64,000 nucleotides of DNA, taken from positions 1-64,000 of IMG/VR virus record IMGVR_UViG_3300049027_000072, one strand, 5' to 3'. A program made the translations under genes and the position numbers. Origin of the DNA: a virus. Shown here piece after piece: positions 26,972-35,721 of the stretch (its first letter is position 1; every line of letters starts with the position of its first letter). The notes beneath the pieces are model-generated. The model saw nothing but the letters and a program-made list of their open reading frames with translations, made no database searches and was not told the origin of the DNA.

Positions 26972-27708
26972 CACAGGCCCTCCCCAGCCGCGGCAGGGCG
27001 TTTGCCATCTGCGCCGACCGAATCTCCCAGATGCTTTTGGGCGGGCGGTGATGCTGCTGGGGGCTGTGGAGCGGCGTAGAGCTTGGTGACCTCGCACTCG
27101 CAGTTCGTCAGGTCGTCCACGGCCTCGTCAAGATCGTGGACGAACTCGCCGCGCTGCTCGGCTGGCACGTAAACCCAGTACGCGATTGGCGCCTGCTCTG
27201 TGCTGGTGGCTGGCTCCTGCCGGCGCACCCATGGCAACTCGGCGTTCATTCGCCTGGCCTCGGCCTCTGTGCAGTTGCAGTCGGTCTCGAAAGCATTACC
27301 CGCCGGCTCATCAAGCACCTTGAATGACCGCCGCAGCGCCTGCTTAAGGGCCGCATCCTCCTTCTGTGAGAGGTGGTATGTCGGCTTCTGCGGTGCTGGT
27401 GTGGAGAGGAGCGCAGCGCGGACCGAGCGGCGGTAGCCGAGCACGAAGCCGAGCATGTCGCCCTTGGTCTCGGCCTTGCCAATCTTGTCCACGAGGTCGG
27501 CCGCCTCGCCTAGGTCACTGAGCGTGCCCTCTTCGGGCAGCGCTGCTGGCTCCTGTGCAAGCACACGCTCTAGCGCCACGTCGGCCGGCACACGCTCCGC
27601 CTGTTCGGCGCGGCACGCAGCGATAGGAGTCATGCCCTCCCAGTAGCGGCCATCGGGCGCGGTGAGGCGCCAAGTCCCTGTCATCGGTTGCGGTGTTTGG
27701 TCAGCCAT
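26971..27708 (-). CDS. Hypothetical protein
   Basis: 245-aa ORF in the coupled early-left operon. Confidence 0.6.
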   Translation of the reverse strand: MADQTPQPMTGTWRLTAPDGRYWEGMTPIAACRAEQAERVPADVALERVLAQEPAALPEEGTLSDLGEAADLVDKIGKAETKGDMLGFVLGYRRSVRAALLSTPAPQKPTYHLSQKEDAALKQALRRSFKVLDEPAGNAFETDCNCTEAEARRMNAELPWVRRQEPATSTEQAPIAYWVYVPAEQRGEFVHDLDEAVDDLTNCECEVTKLYAAPQPPAASPPAQKHLGDSVGADGKRPAAAGEGL

Positions 27709-27943
27709 TGCCGCCCTCCTTGGTGAGTTTCCCGGCCCTCTCTTCGTAGTCGGCGATTGCGCGCTTAAGGTCTGCGATGTTGACCTCGAAGCGATGCTGC
27801 GTTCGACTGCCCCCTAACGGCTTCGGTCCCGCGATTCGGGCTTGGTACTCTGCGTCTCCGATACAGAGGATTGGGCCGGCAACGCCAACGCCCGTGTCGA
27901 TGTAGACCATCCCTGCCCTGGGTTGCTTTTCGTAGCTGGTCAT
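27701..27943 (-). CDS. Hypothetical protein
   Basis: 80 aa; ends ...LTKEGGNG, which is encoded by the repeated junction sequence. Confidence 0.55.
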   Translation of the reverse strand: MTSYEKQPRAGMVYIDTGVGVAGPILCIGDAEYQARIAGPKPLGGSRTQHRFEVNIADLKRAIADYEERAGKLTKEGGNG

Positions 27944-28431
27944 TGGCCGCCCTCCTTGGTGAGTTGCACGCCCCAGGCTGCTGTGAGCACGTCGCGGGCA
28001 CGGGCGCGAAAACCGTTGCGTTCTACTTCGCCGAGGCGATCCCAGTGCCAGTGCGTCGATGCCATCTCCATCGCGGCGGCCTCAACCCGCTCCTCGCTCA
28101 GCGACTCCTGCACTTGTGCCGTAGGGGCTGGGGCAAGGTCCGCGGGAACCATGTCGCCAAAGAGCGCCGAGTAGGCGTCGATGGTGGCTGCAATGTGCTG
28201 CTCTGTCGGCTCGATTCCTGGCCGCCGCTTGCGCCAGAACTCAATGGCTTGCTCGCGAGTCATGAACGAGCCGCGTGCCGCCTGCTCGGGAGGGAGAGAT
28301 GCGAGGCGATCCCGCAGGTACTCGGCGGCTTGGCAAGCCCTGTTCCGATCAGGTACAGATAGCGCCATGCCGTTGCCGATTGCCTGGATGAAGGCGATGA
28401 CGAGCTCGTCGCGCTCTTTGGTGTTGCTCAT
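27940..28431 (-). CDS. Hypothetical protein
   Basis: ATG at 28431 (ATGA overlap); 163 aa; ends ...LTKEGGQ. Confidence 0.55.
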   Translation of the reverse strand: MSNTKERDELVIAFIQAIGNGMALSVPDRNRACQAAEYLRDRLASLPPEQAARGSFMTREQAIEFWRKRRPGIEPTEQHIAATIDAYSALFGDMVPADLAPAPTAQVQESLSEERVEAAAMEMASTHWHWDRLGEVERNGFRARARDVLTAAWGVQLTKEGGQ

Positions 28432-28652
28432 GAGGCCCTCCACTTGAGGTGATTGCGCCCGTAGACAATCCACAGGGCGATGTTCATGGGCAGCAGGCCC
28501 CAGGCTTGCGCCGAGATGATCCAGACGAGCCACAGCGCTTGGCCCACGAGACCGACGAGCCACGCCTTCGGATGCTTGTTGCCGGCGAGCAGCGTCATGT
28601 AGATGGTGATTGCCGACAGCAGCCACGGCAGGTATTCGCGAATGGCGCTCAC
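28428..28652 (-). CDS. Small multi-pass membrane protein
   Basis: GTG at 28652 overlaps the upstream stop; 74 aa, strongly hydrophobic (LPWLLSAITIYMTLLAG...LWLVWIISAQAWGLLPMNIALWIVY). Confidence 0.5.
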   Translation of the reverse strand: MSAIREYLPWLLSAITIYMTLLAGNKHPKAWLVGLVGQALWLVWIISAQAWGLLPMNIALWIVYGRNHLKWRAS

Positions 28653-29056
28653 TTGCCATCCTTTCGAGCGGCGCGGATGGCGTTGCGCAGCGTTTCGCCC
28701 TCGAAGCGCTGCATCGTGTGCCGGTAGTCCCCTCGCATGTACCAAAAGCAGCGCTTGCCGAGCGTGCCCTCCCACTTGCGCTCGAACAGGTTGCGCTCCA
28801 GCCAGTCCAGCAGCGCCGCATCCTCGTTCTCTGCCGCAGGGGCGGGCCGCGCAGGTACTGGCGCAGTCTGTTCACCGGCGGGGAGCCCCACCGGACCTGC
28901 GCTGCCCTGAACTTGTTCGAGCCCGCGGCGGATTGCGTCGATGACCGGATCAGTCGTGCGCCACTGCTCGCGGTAATACTCCAGCGCAGCCAGCGCCTGC
29001 CGCAAAAGATGCACAGCAGTAATGTCGGCGCGCTCCTGCGCTTGGGTGGTGCTCAT
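28649..29056 (-). CDS. Hypothetical protein
   Basis: 135-aa ORF with coupled overlaps at both ends. Confidence 0.55.
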   Translation of the reverse strand: MSTTQAQERADITAVHLLRQALAALEYYREQWRTTDPVIDAIRRGLEQVQGSAGPVGLPAGEQTAPVPARPAPAAENEDAALLDWLERNLFERKWEGTLGKRCFWYMRGDYRHTMQRFEGETLRNAIRAARKDGK

Positions 29057-29298
29057 GCTGAGGCTCCGGTGGTTTTGGCCGCGCGCTGCTCTTTGATCGA
29101 CTCACCGAGGTTGAGCATGTCCGCGACTTTCTGCGCCCGCGCCTCTGACGCATATCGGTGAGTGCGACCGTCCGTCGCGAACCATATGCAGCATCCGTCA
29201 GATTCCCGCTGCACGGTCCACGGACGTTTTGGCGCGTAGCCCGCGCCGACTGACTGATTGACGGGTCGCCACGGCCCAGGTGTGTGCTGCGTGCTCAT
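29053..29298 (-). CDS. Hypothetical protein
   Basis: 81-aa ORF with coupled overlaps. Confidence 0.5.
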   Translation of the reverse strand: MSTQHTPGPWRPVNQSVGAGYAPKRPWTVQRESDGCCIWFATDGRTHRYASEARAQKVADMLNLGESIKEQRAAKTTGASA

Positions 29299-30401
29299 GT
29301 CGGCTCCCCTGGTGCTTGGTTGGCGGCAGATTCGTGTTCCAGGTACATGCGAATCCGATCAAGCTCCAGCGCGTCTTCCACGCTCGAAAACGAGCGGTAA
29401 TGGAGCTTCGTATAGGCCCAGCGGAGAAGCTCGTGGACATACTGGAGGTCATCGCTCGACGGATCGGTCGTGGGCGCATCCCGCTCTACTGCTGGGGACG
29501 CTGCGACCTCCGCTGGTGCTTGGGTTGCGATGGCGCCGCTGATGTTTTCGACCTTGAACGAGGCGTCGCACCACTCGTCAAGAGACTTGGACCAGTCGGT
29601 TGTGTCTTCGGTGTCGCCACCGAACGCCGCCTCTACAACCAGCTTCGCAATCGCCGGGTTGTCGCGCAGCACGCGGTACCGCAGCACATCCCGTGCTGGG
29701 GATGCTGCGCGCGCTTGCCATGCCCACCACGCAGCGTGAGTGCGCCTGTCGGCGTAAACCTCATGGCCGTTGATACACGTCGCGTTCGGCACCTTCTGGA
29801 CGCTGTAGCCCTCACGCCGAGCCCAGTCTTCAAACGCCTCGCGCTCGGCCGACGCTTGGTCGTCTCGCGCGTTGTGGAATGCAGCGAGCGCTTCCCTTGC
29901 GACACGCACGCAAGACCATGACTCAGCCCTGTCTGCATCACCGTACTGGTCGCGGGCATGCTGCCGATTCATCTCGATAATCTTCAGCAGTGCGTCGCGG
30001 CACGCTCCCTCTGTGGCGATCATCGCTGGCACTTTGGCGTGTGCCGTGTCCGTAAGACCGGCATGGAAAAGCAGCTCCTGCAGGTCAGACAGCAAGACGG
30101 TTCTCCAAGGATCATTGGGCTCGCGGTCATGGTTGCCAACGCTATACGGCGGCTGCCCTGGCGGGTGCTTTGCCGCTGCGCGAAGGCGCTCTACAACCGC
30201 CCAACTCGTGCGCCACTTAACCGCTGGCGCTTGGGTGGATGCTGATAGTGCGGCGCACTGGCGGCCGTACTTGCGCATCTGGTCGGCGGTGTAGCCTTCC
30301 AGGCATCCCCACATCCCGCTCGGGCGCTGATATGGCAGTCCGCCAAACGCCTCAGGCAGCGGCGGCAGCGCAGGCTCTGCGGCTTTGGTGTCGTGTGTCA
30401 T
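29295..30401 (-). CDS. Hypothetical protein
   Basis: ATG at 30401 (ATGA overlap); 368 aa. Confidence 0.55.
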   Translation of the reverse strand: MTHDTKAAEPALPPLPEAFGGLPYQRPSGMWGCLEGYTADQMRKYGRQCAALSASTQAPAVKWRTSWAVVERLRAAAKHPPGQPPYSVGNHDREPNDPWRTVLLSDLQELLFHAGLTDTAHAKVPAMIATEGACRDALLKIIEMNRQHARDQYGDADRAESWSCVRVAREALAAFHNARDDQASAEREAFEDWARREGYSVQKVPNATCINGHEVYADRRTHAAWWAWQARAASPARDVLRYRVLRDNPAIAKLVVEAAFGGDTEDTTDWSKSLDEWCDASFKVENISGAIATQAPAEVAASPAVERDAPTTDPSSDDLQYVHELLRWAYTKLHYRSFSSVEDALELDRIRMYLEHESAANQAPGEPT

Positions 30402-31030
30402 GCTTGTCCTTCGGTCTTGGGAGTGGGTGGAAGCGGCATCCATCCCGTGGGCGGGTTCTCATTCGTAAATCCACCGTCCCAGCTGTACCAGGAGGCCTCA
30501 ACGCACTCCCCCGTCTCGTGCTGCCCGAGGTACTCTCCGGTGCCGCTGTGGTACTCGGCAGCGGTTGGCCACTGCTCTGCATGCCACTCGCCGGCAGTCA
30601 CGCGGCCGGGGGCGGCAAGCAATACCGTTGTGCCATCCTTGGGCGCTGTCTCGATTGGCCGCCACGCACTAGCCCACTCCAGCTCCACAACCCGCTGGAG
30701 CAATTCGCCTCGCTGCTGGGCTAGCTCGTCTCGCTCTCGTGTTAGCTCTGCGATGAGTGATTCGTTGTCCATCGAAATCCCCTTTTGTTCATTCGCGATT
30801 CGCAGCTTGCGGTTGATTGCCTCGATGCAGGCCAGCGCGATCGCGCCAACCTTCACCATGTCGGCCCGAATGGTCCTCAGATCGACCATCGGCAGATCGC
30901 CGACAACGTGCCTCGTTGCGTAGTGGCTCACCAGCGCGGCCCACTCGCCGATGCTCCATGTGTCATCCGCGGCGTGGTCCCATCGCGCTAGTTGTGCGAC
31001 GCGCTCGGCTTGAATCTCTTGAATGCTCAT
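30398..31030 (-). CDS. DUF551-like C-terminal domain protein; N-terminal helical domain (DUF550/MazG-like?)
   Basis: ATG at 31030 (ATGA overlap). The WRPIETAPKDGTTVLLA motif is typical of DUF551. The N-terminal assignment is weak. Confidence 0.45.
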   Translation of the reverse strand: MSIQEIQAERVAQLARWDHAADDTWSIGEWAALVSHYATRHVVGDLPMVDLRTIRADMVKVGAIALACIEAINRKLRIANEQKGISMDNESLIAELTRERDELAQQRGELLQRVVELEWASAWRPIETAPKDGTTVLLAAPGRVTAGEWHAEQWPTAAEYHSGTGEYLGQHETGECVEASWYSWDGGFTNENPPTGWMPLPPTPKTEGQA

Positions 31031-31776
31031 AGCAGGCTTCCCTGGTCTTCCGGCTGGTACTCGGGGACCGCGAAACCCCAACGGGTTGCGGCGTTCTGGG
31101 ATTCGATGCGCGCGCGCATGACGGCCGCTCTGGCCTCTTTTGTCGGCGGCGTGTACGTGCCGCGCCAGGCCTGGTCGATGCCGATGTTTCGGCCGATGTT
31201 TGTGCTGTCAGCGCTGCTGAATGGCAGGTGGGTGAAGATCGCCGGATCCAGCATGCGCAACCCGTGGAGCTTGCACAGCGGGCGCCCATCGTCGTCACAT
31301 ACAACGCGCATTGCGCGCGCAATCTGGCCCCACCATGCGGCGGTGCCGATGGTCGCGAACTCACCCGAGCTGCCTATGCACACGCGAGGCCAACTCGACG
31401 CCAAGCGCTCAAGACGCTCCAGGCTCTCGTGCATATGCCAGACAGGCGCGCCGAACCATCGCGGTAGCGGCCACTCAGCGAGTAGCGCGTCGTTGTCGGC
31501 CTCGCTGCCGTCGATCACATCCGGCACCACCGCGAAGTCGCAAGACGGGATCAGCTTGCACTGCGCCGCCCACTCGTAGAACGGCTTCCAGTCGGCCACT
31601 GGCACGCCGCGCTTCCAGGCGGTGAACGCGCCGTTATCCACTGCGAATGACTGACACACCGCCGCAGCCAGGGCCAGGTTGCGCGGCTCGGCGAAGCTGA
31701 CGAAGCCGTGCCCAGCGTCCAGCACTACCACGGCGGCGGTCTCTGGTGTGATGGGTAGTCCGTGATAGGGAATCAT
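31027..31776 (-). CDS. tRNA-guanine-transglycosylase-fold protein, DpdA-like DNA transglycosylase candidate
   Basis: 249 aa. AVDNGAFTAW (compare TGT DSGGFQ), RVCIGSSGEF (compare AIGGL), KLHGLRMLDP and FSSADSTNIG (compare GxDxFD). No Zn-binding CxCxxC motif is seen. Confidence 0.45.
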   Translation of the reverse strand: MIPYHGLPITPETAAVVVLDAGHGFVSFAEPRNLALAAAVCQSFAVDNGAFTAWKRGVPVADWKPFYEWAAQCKLIPSCDFAVVPDVIDGSEADNDALLAEWPLPRWFGAPVWHMHESLERLERLASSWPRVCIGSSGEFATIGTAAWWGQIARAMRVVCDDDGRPLCKLHGLRMLDPAIFTHLPFSSADSTNIGRNIGIDQAWRGTYTPPTKEARAAVMRARIESQNAATRWGFAVPEYQPEDQGSLL

Positions 31777-31782
31777 GGGCGG

Positions 31783-31959
31783 TCAGCGTTCTGGCATCAG
31801 GTGGGTTGCGTCTTCGTCTTCGTGCTCGTCTGCGTGGTCTTCCACGTCGAACACCTCGCCGCATGCAGCGCAACGCTCAAGCCGGTCATCGGCCTGGCCG
31901 CAGTCGTCGCCGTCGTCGTACTGGTAGGTCACCTTGCATCCGCACTTCGGGCACGCCAT
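31783..31959 (-). CDS. Small zinc-ribbon protein with an acidic tail
   Basis: ATG at 31959; MACPKCGC...CAACGE (2x CxxC), then DVEDHADEHEDED. Confidence 0.5.
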   Translation of the reverse strand: MACPKCGCKVTYQYDDGDDCGQADDRLERCAACGEVFDVEDHADEHEDEDATHLMPER

Positions 31960-31961
31960 CG

Positions 31962-32918
31962 CTACCTCGTGTCGGTGGGGTGCGGGAAGCCGTTGTGCTC
32001 CACGCCGTCGAGCAGGCGGCCTGCGGCCTTCTTGCCGGCCCAGCCCATGTAGGTGCCGTCCGGGTGCCGGTGCTTCTCCCCGCGCACTGGCACGCCCTCC
32101 GCGTGGCCCATCATTGGGATCCACTCACCCCATTGCTTGAACAGGAACGGGACGCCGGCCTCGGCGCACTGGTCGCGCAGCGAGCGGGCCCAGTCGGGAT
32201 GCATGGGCCGCGCGTGCGGGCCGCTCTCGCCGCCTGCGATGACCCAGTCCAGGGCCGGCACATCGGCGCATGGGTCGCCTTCTCCGTCCACGCAATCGGT
32301 GGTGCCCTTGAGCGGGTATATCTCCAGGTCGCCGTCGATGTCGATGCGCGTCAAGTCGATGGGCCCCAGCATCGGCTCGATGCTCAGGAACCGAACCCGC
32401 GCCGGCACGGCCAGGAGCTTCTGGATGTCGCGGTCGGCCTCTTCCTGGTTCACCACAGTTGCGCCGATCCACACATGGGGCCACGGCCACGCCAACGGAT
32501 GATCAGCCGGCAGCGCCTTAATGTTGTCGGGCAGCGTCTCCGCGATCATGCGTGCAGCGTTGCCGATCCGCTTGGTAAGCAGGAGCCAATCAAGGTGCGG
32601 CGTGCTCAGGATGAGGTTGAACAGGTCGCGCCGCCATCCCGCCGGCACCTGGTTATCGAACACGTCGGCAAGCGAGGCGCAGAACACCCGGAAGCGCCTG
32701 CCCTCGCGCTCGGCCTGCGCGTTCCACTTCCCAGGGTCCTTCCACGTGGTGTCGCTGGTGCGCCGCCGCGGGCCTCCCCAGCCCTCCGGCGTCCAGCGGC
32801 GGAATGCGTCCTGCCGCGCGGCGTAGCACCCGTCGCACCCGGGGCCGACCTTCGTGCAGCCGATCCACGGGTTGAACGTGTGGTCGCACCACTCGATCTT
32901 GCTGTTCTCTGCCATCAC
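31962..32918 (-). CDS. Phage Gp37/Gp68 family protein (DUF5131, three-Cys motif)
   Basis: N-terminal KIEWCDHTFNPWIGCTKVGPGCDGCYA and C-terminal DWVIAGGESGPHARPMHPDWARSLRDQC...GVPFLFKQWGEW match the family signature. Confidence 0.8.
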   Translation of the reverse strand: MMAENSKIEWCDHTFNPWIGCTKVGPGCDGCYAARQDAFRRWTPEGWGGPRRRTSDTTWKDPGKWNAQAEREGRRFRVFCASLADVFDNQVPAGWRRDLFNLILSTPHLDWLLLTKRIGNAARMIAETLPDNIKALPADHPLAWPWPHVWIGATVVNQEEADRDIQKLLAVPARVRFLSIEPMLGPIDLTRIDIDGDLEIYPLKGTTDCVDGEGDPCADVPALDWVIAGGESGPHARPMHPDWARSLRDQCAEAGVPFLFKQWGEWIPMMGHAEGVPVRGEKHRHPDGTYMGWAGKKAAGRLLDGVEHNGFPHPTDTR

Positions 32919-33169
32919 GTCTTCCTCTCAACGATGCGAACCGTCCCATACCGCATGTGCGTCTGCGCGACGTGCACGGGCTCGCCTATGGGTGCGTCGT
33001 GCCGGCTCTTGAAGACGATGTGACCGCTTGAGTCAAGGCGGTAGAGCAGGGCGTAGAACGACTCCTCGTTCGCCTCGACCACCGCATGCGACGGGATCAG
33101 TTCGCCGTCGATGCGCACGTCGTACCGGGCCATCTCCTCGGCGGTCTGCTCGTCTCGTGAGAGCCTCAT
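32915..33169 (-). CDS. Hypothetical protein
   Basis: 84-aa ORF with an ATGA overlap. Confidence 0.5.
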   Translation of the reverse strand: MRLSRDEQTAEEMARYDVRIDGELIPSHAVVEANEESFYALLYRLDSSGHIVFKSRHDAPIGEPVHVAQTHMRYGTVRIVERKT

Positions 33170-33172
33170 TGC

Positions 33173-33361
33173 TCAGTGCCTCGTGGGGACCGCGCTCTGC
33201 TGCAGCGCTTTCGCCTCCGCAGAGACCTCGCGCATCACATCGCTCAGAGATTCAAAGGCGGCGGCTACCCTCTCGGCGTGCCGAGCCTGAGCGACTCTGT
33301 GCTTCATGGTGACGCGCGTCATTGCCTCTTGCAGCAAGCGGCGGTGGCTGGATGGGCTCAT
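33173..33361 (-). CDS. Hypothetical protein
   Basis: 62-aa ORF in the operon. Confidence 0.4.
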   Translation of the reverse strand: MSPSSHRRLLQEAMTRVTMKHRVAQARHAERVAAAFESLSDVMREVSAEAKALQQSAVPTRH

Positions 33362-33387
33362 GGTGTGATCCTGGTGATGGTTTGTTG

Positions 33388-34056
33388 TCAGGCGCTCATC
33401 AGCACTTCTCTGTGCCCATTTGGGGCCATGGGACTGACGACGCCGACCCGCTCCAAAGCCTCCAACAGTCGGGCGGCGCGGTTGTAGCCAATCGCGAGGT
33501 GCCGCTGAACCAGACTGATGCTGGCGCGCCTGTTCTCTGTGACGATGTCGCGAGCGCGCGGGAGCAACTCGTCGTCGTCAGTCGGAGCGCTGGACGCCTG
33601 CCCAAGGCCTTCCCCGGCCTTCTGGTCATCAAGAAGAGACGGCTGGGCGCGCAGGTCGATGTCGACGTCCTCGGCGTACCGCTCTGCGAGAATTGCGACA
33701 TCGGTCTTCGTCGGCTCGAAGGTCAGGGTCATCGTTACCGCGGCGCGGAAGCTGTCTTTCGGCTCCACCCGGAACTTGTGGACCTTCACGCCGGTGAAGT
33801 GGAGGCCGCAAACCTCTGCCGTGCAGTCAGGCACTTCGCCGCCGAACTCGATCTTGTTGATCAGCGGGTTGCGGACGATGCCCGCGGCGCTCCACAGGAA
33901 ATGCCGGAGTCCGGTGTCCAGGTAGTCAGGCAACGCCATATCGGTGCTGGCCTCCACCTTCATGTCGACCTTCAGCACCTTCTCGTCATCACCTTCTTTG
34001 CGGATGTTGAGATGGCGAAGGATTGCGCTGCCCTTGAACTGGAACTGATGGCTCAT
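33388..34056 (-). CDS. Protein with a C-terminal FtsK-gamma winged-helix domain
   Basis: The C-terminal [56 protein letters not shown] matches the FtsK gamma (KOPS-binding) domain. The N-terminal ~140 aa are unknown. Confidence 0.75.
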   Translation of the reverse strand: MSHQFQFKGSAILRHLNIRKEGDDEKVLKVDMKVEASTDMALPDYLDTGLRHFLWSAAGIVRNPLINKIEFGGEVPDCTAEVCGLHFTGVKVHKFRVEPKDSFRAAVTMTLTFEPTKTDVAILAERYAEDVDIDLRAQPSLLDDQKAGEGLGQASSAPTDDDELLPRARDIVTENRRASISLVQRHLAIGYNRAARLLEALERVGVVSPMAPNGHREVLMSA

Positions 34057-34074
34057 AACGTCAGGCCTTGTCGT

Positions 34075-34515
34075 CTAGAACGGGATGTCGTCGTCCATGT
34101 CGTCAAAGCCGCTCGCGGCGCTTGCCGGTGCGGGCCTTGTCGGCGCGGGACGCTGCTTGGGCTGTGGGGCTGGTGCTGGCGCTTCGCTCTGCTGCGGCGC
34201 AGGACCGGCGAACTCGATCGACGCGACGCGGGCGGCCAGCTTGGAGCCGACCGTGTTGTCGCTGCGCTTGAAGGTCTCGATGTGGACGTCTTCGAGCACG
34301 ACCACGACGGCCTGGCCCTTCACGAGGTACGAGGCCATGGACTCGGCCTGCTTGCCCCACAGGGAGGCGTCCACCCACTGGGTGGGACGCTTACCGTCCT
34401 CGCCCTTGCGGCCATAGGAAAAGGCCAGAGACAGGTTGGCTACTGCGGTACCTTCCGGGGTGTAACGCACCTCGCAGTCGCGTCCGATGATGGCGCGGCC
34501 GAATGCCTGGAGCAT
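34075..34515 (-). CDS. ssb: Single-stranded DNA-binding protein
   Basis: OB-fold N-terminus, Pro/Ala/Gln-rich linker and an acidic tip ...FDDMDDDIPF. Confidence 0.9.
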   Translation of the reverse strand: MLQAFGRAIIGRDCEVRYTPEGTAVANLSLAFSYGRKGEDGKRPTQWVDASLWGKQAESMASYLVKGQAVVVVLEDVHIETFKRSDNTVGSKLAARVASIEFAGPAPQQSEAPAPAPQPKQRPAPTRPAPASAASGFDDMDDDIPF

Positions 34516-34538
34516 GTTTTCTTCCTTGTTGTGGTTGG

Positions 34539-35714
34539 TCAGATGGCGCGCGCGGCGTCGATGAGATCTGCGATGTCGCTGGTGGCGTAGAACGTCCAGA
34601 TCCCGCCCAACTCATCGGCGCCGAACCGCCGGGCCAGAGCGGCGGCATCAACGAGGCGCTGGTCTTCGGGCAGAGTGCGGGCCTTGTGGACGACGGTGCG
34701 CAGCGGCGCGGGCTCGATCGGCTGCTCGATGGCGGCCGGCGGCGTGGCCACGGGCAGCGCGACGACAGCGACCGGCTCAGCCAGCGCAACGGCCTCGGCG
34801 ACGGCCGTTTCCGGCTCGCTGGCGGGCTTTTCGATCTCGGCCATGGGTTCGGGCGCGGGCGCAGCCTTCGCGGCCTCCTGGGCTGCGAGCAACTCGGCGC
34901 GCTGCCGTTCAAGCTCTGCCCGCTGCCGCGCAAGCTCCTCCGCTACTTCCCGCTGCTGGCGGGCCAGCTCGTCGGCGGCGGCCTTCAGCCGGGCCGCCTC
35001 GGCGCGCTGTTCCTCGGCGATGCGCGCCTGCTCCGCGCGCTGGCGCTCGCGCTCGGCTGCCTCGGCCTCGGCCGCCTGAGTCCTCGCCAGCAGGGCCCGC
35101 AGGCTGGCCAGCGTCTCGTCCTTCGCTTCGTTCGCCTGGTCGAAGAACTCCTCCCAGACCGCCGGGTCGATGATGATGGCGTCCAGGGCCACGATGACGT
35201 TGGCTATGCGTGCCGCGGGCAGGCTTTGTGCCTGCGCGACGTAGCCGCGCAGCGTGGCCAGACGTTCCTGGTGGGCCGCCTTGCGGTCGCGCTCCTTCTG
35301 CTCGCGCTCGGCCTTCTCGCGGGCCTTGCGCTCATCGGCCGCACGGATCTGGGCGTCGATGGCCTCTTCGGTATCGGCCAGGGCGGCGATGATTGCCTGT
35401 TCCTCGGCGCCGATGGCCTTGCTCACCTGGGCCAGTTCGGACTTCGATGCCTTGCTGACGTTCTGCGCGGCGTAGCGCGGCGCACGGACCTCGGCGCGCG
35501 CCTTTGTCGCCTCTTCGTAGCCCTTCGTCGTCGTGGTGTCGAAGACCACGCCCTTGTACTTCTCAACGAGGGCGGCAGCGGCTGGCCGCCAGTCGCCAAA
35601 GCGTGACAGGGCAACTGCCTTCAGGTCGATCTTTGTCAGGTCGGTTGCCTTCGACGCGGCGGCCGGCTTTGCGGGCGCCTCGGTCTCAACTGGGACGAGT
35701 TCGAGTGTTTCCAT
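34539..35714 (-). CDS. Coiled-coil protein of the recombination module (DUF1351-like?)
   Basis: ATG at 35714; 391 aa; long Ala/Glu/Arg coiled coil. Confidence 0.5.
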   Translation of the reverse strand: METLELVPVETEAPAKPAAASKATDLTKIDLKAVALSRFGDWRPAAAALVEKYKGVVFDTTTTKGYEEATKARAEVRAPRYAAQNVSKASKSELAQVSKAIGAEEQAIIAALADTEEAIDAQIRAADERKAREKAEREQKERDRKAAHQERLATLRGYVAQAQSLPAARIANVIVALDAIIIDPAVWEEFFDQANEAKDETLASLRALLARTQAAEAEAAERERQRAEQARIAEEQRAEAARLKAAADELARQQREVAEELARQRAELERQRAELLAAQEAAKAAPAPEPMAEIEKPASEPETAVAEAVALAEPVAVVALPVATPPAAIEQPIEPAPLRTVVHKARTLPEDQRLVDAAALARRFGADELGGIWTFYATSDIADLIDAARAI

Positions 35715-35721
35715 GGTGGGG

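Noticed and set aside
31806-35606. Long + strand ORFs 31806-33023, 33322-34590 and 34503-35606, opposite the early-left operon.
   Set aside because: They are antisense to genes with clear signatures (DUF5131, FtsK-gamma, SSB). Their composition is Arg/Gly/Leu-rich and low in complexity, and they lack coupled starts.
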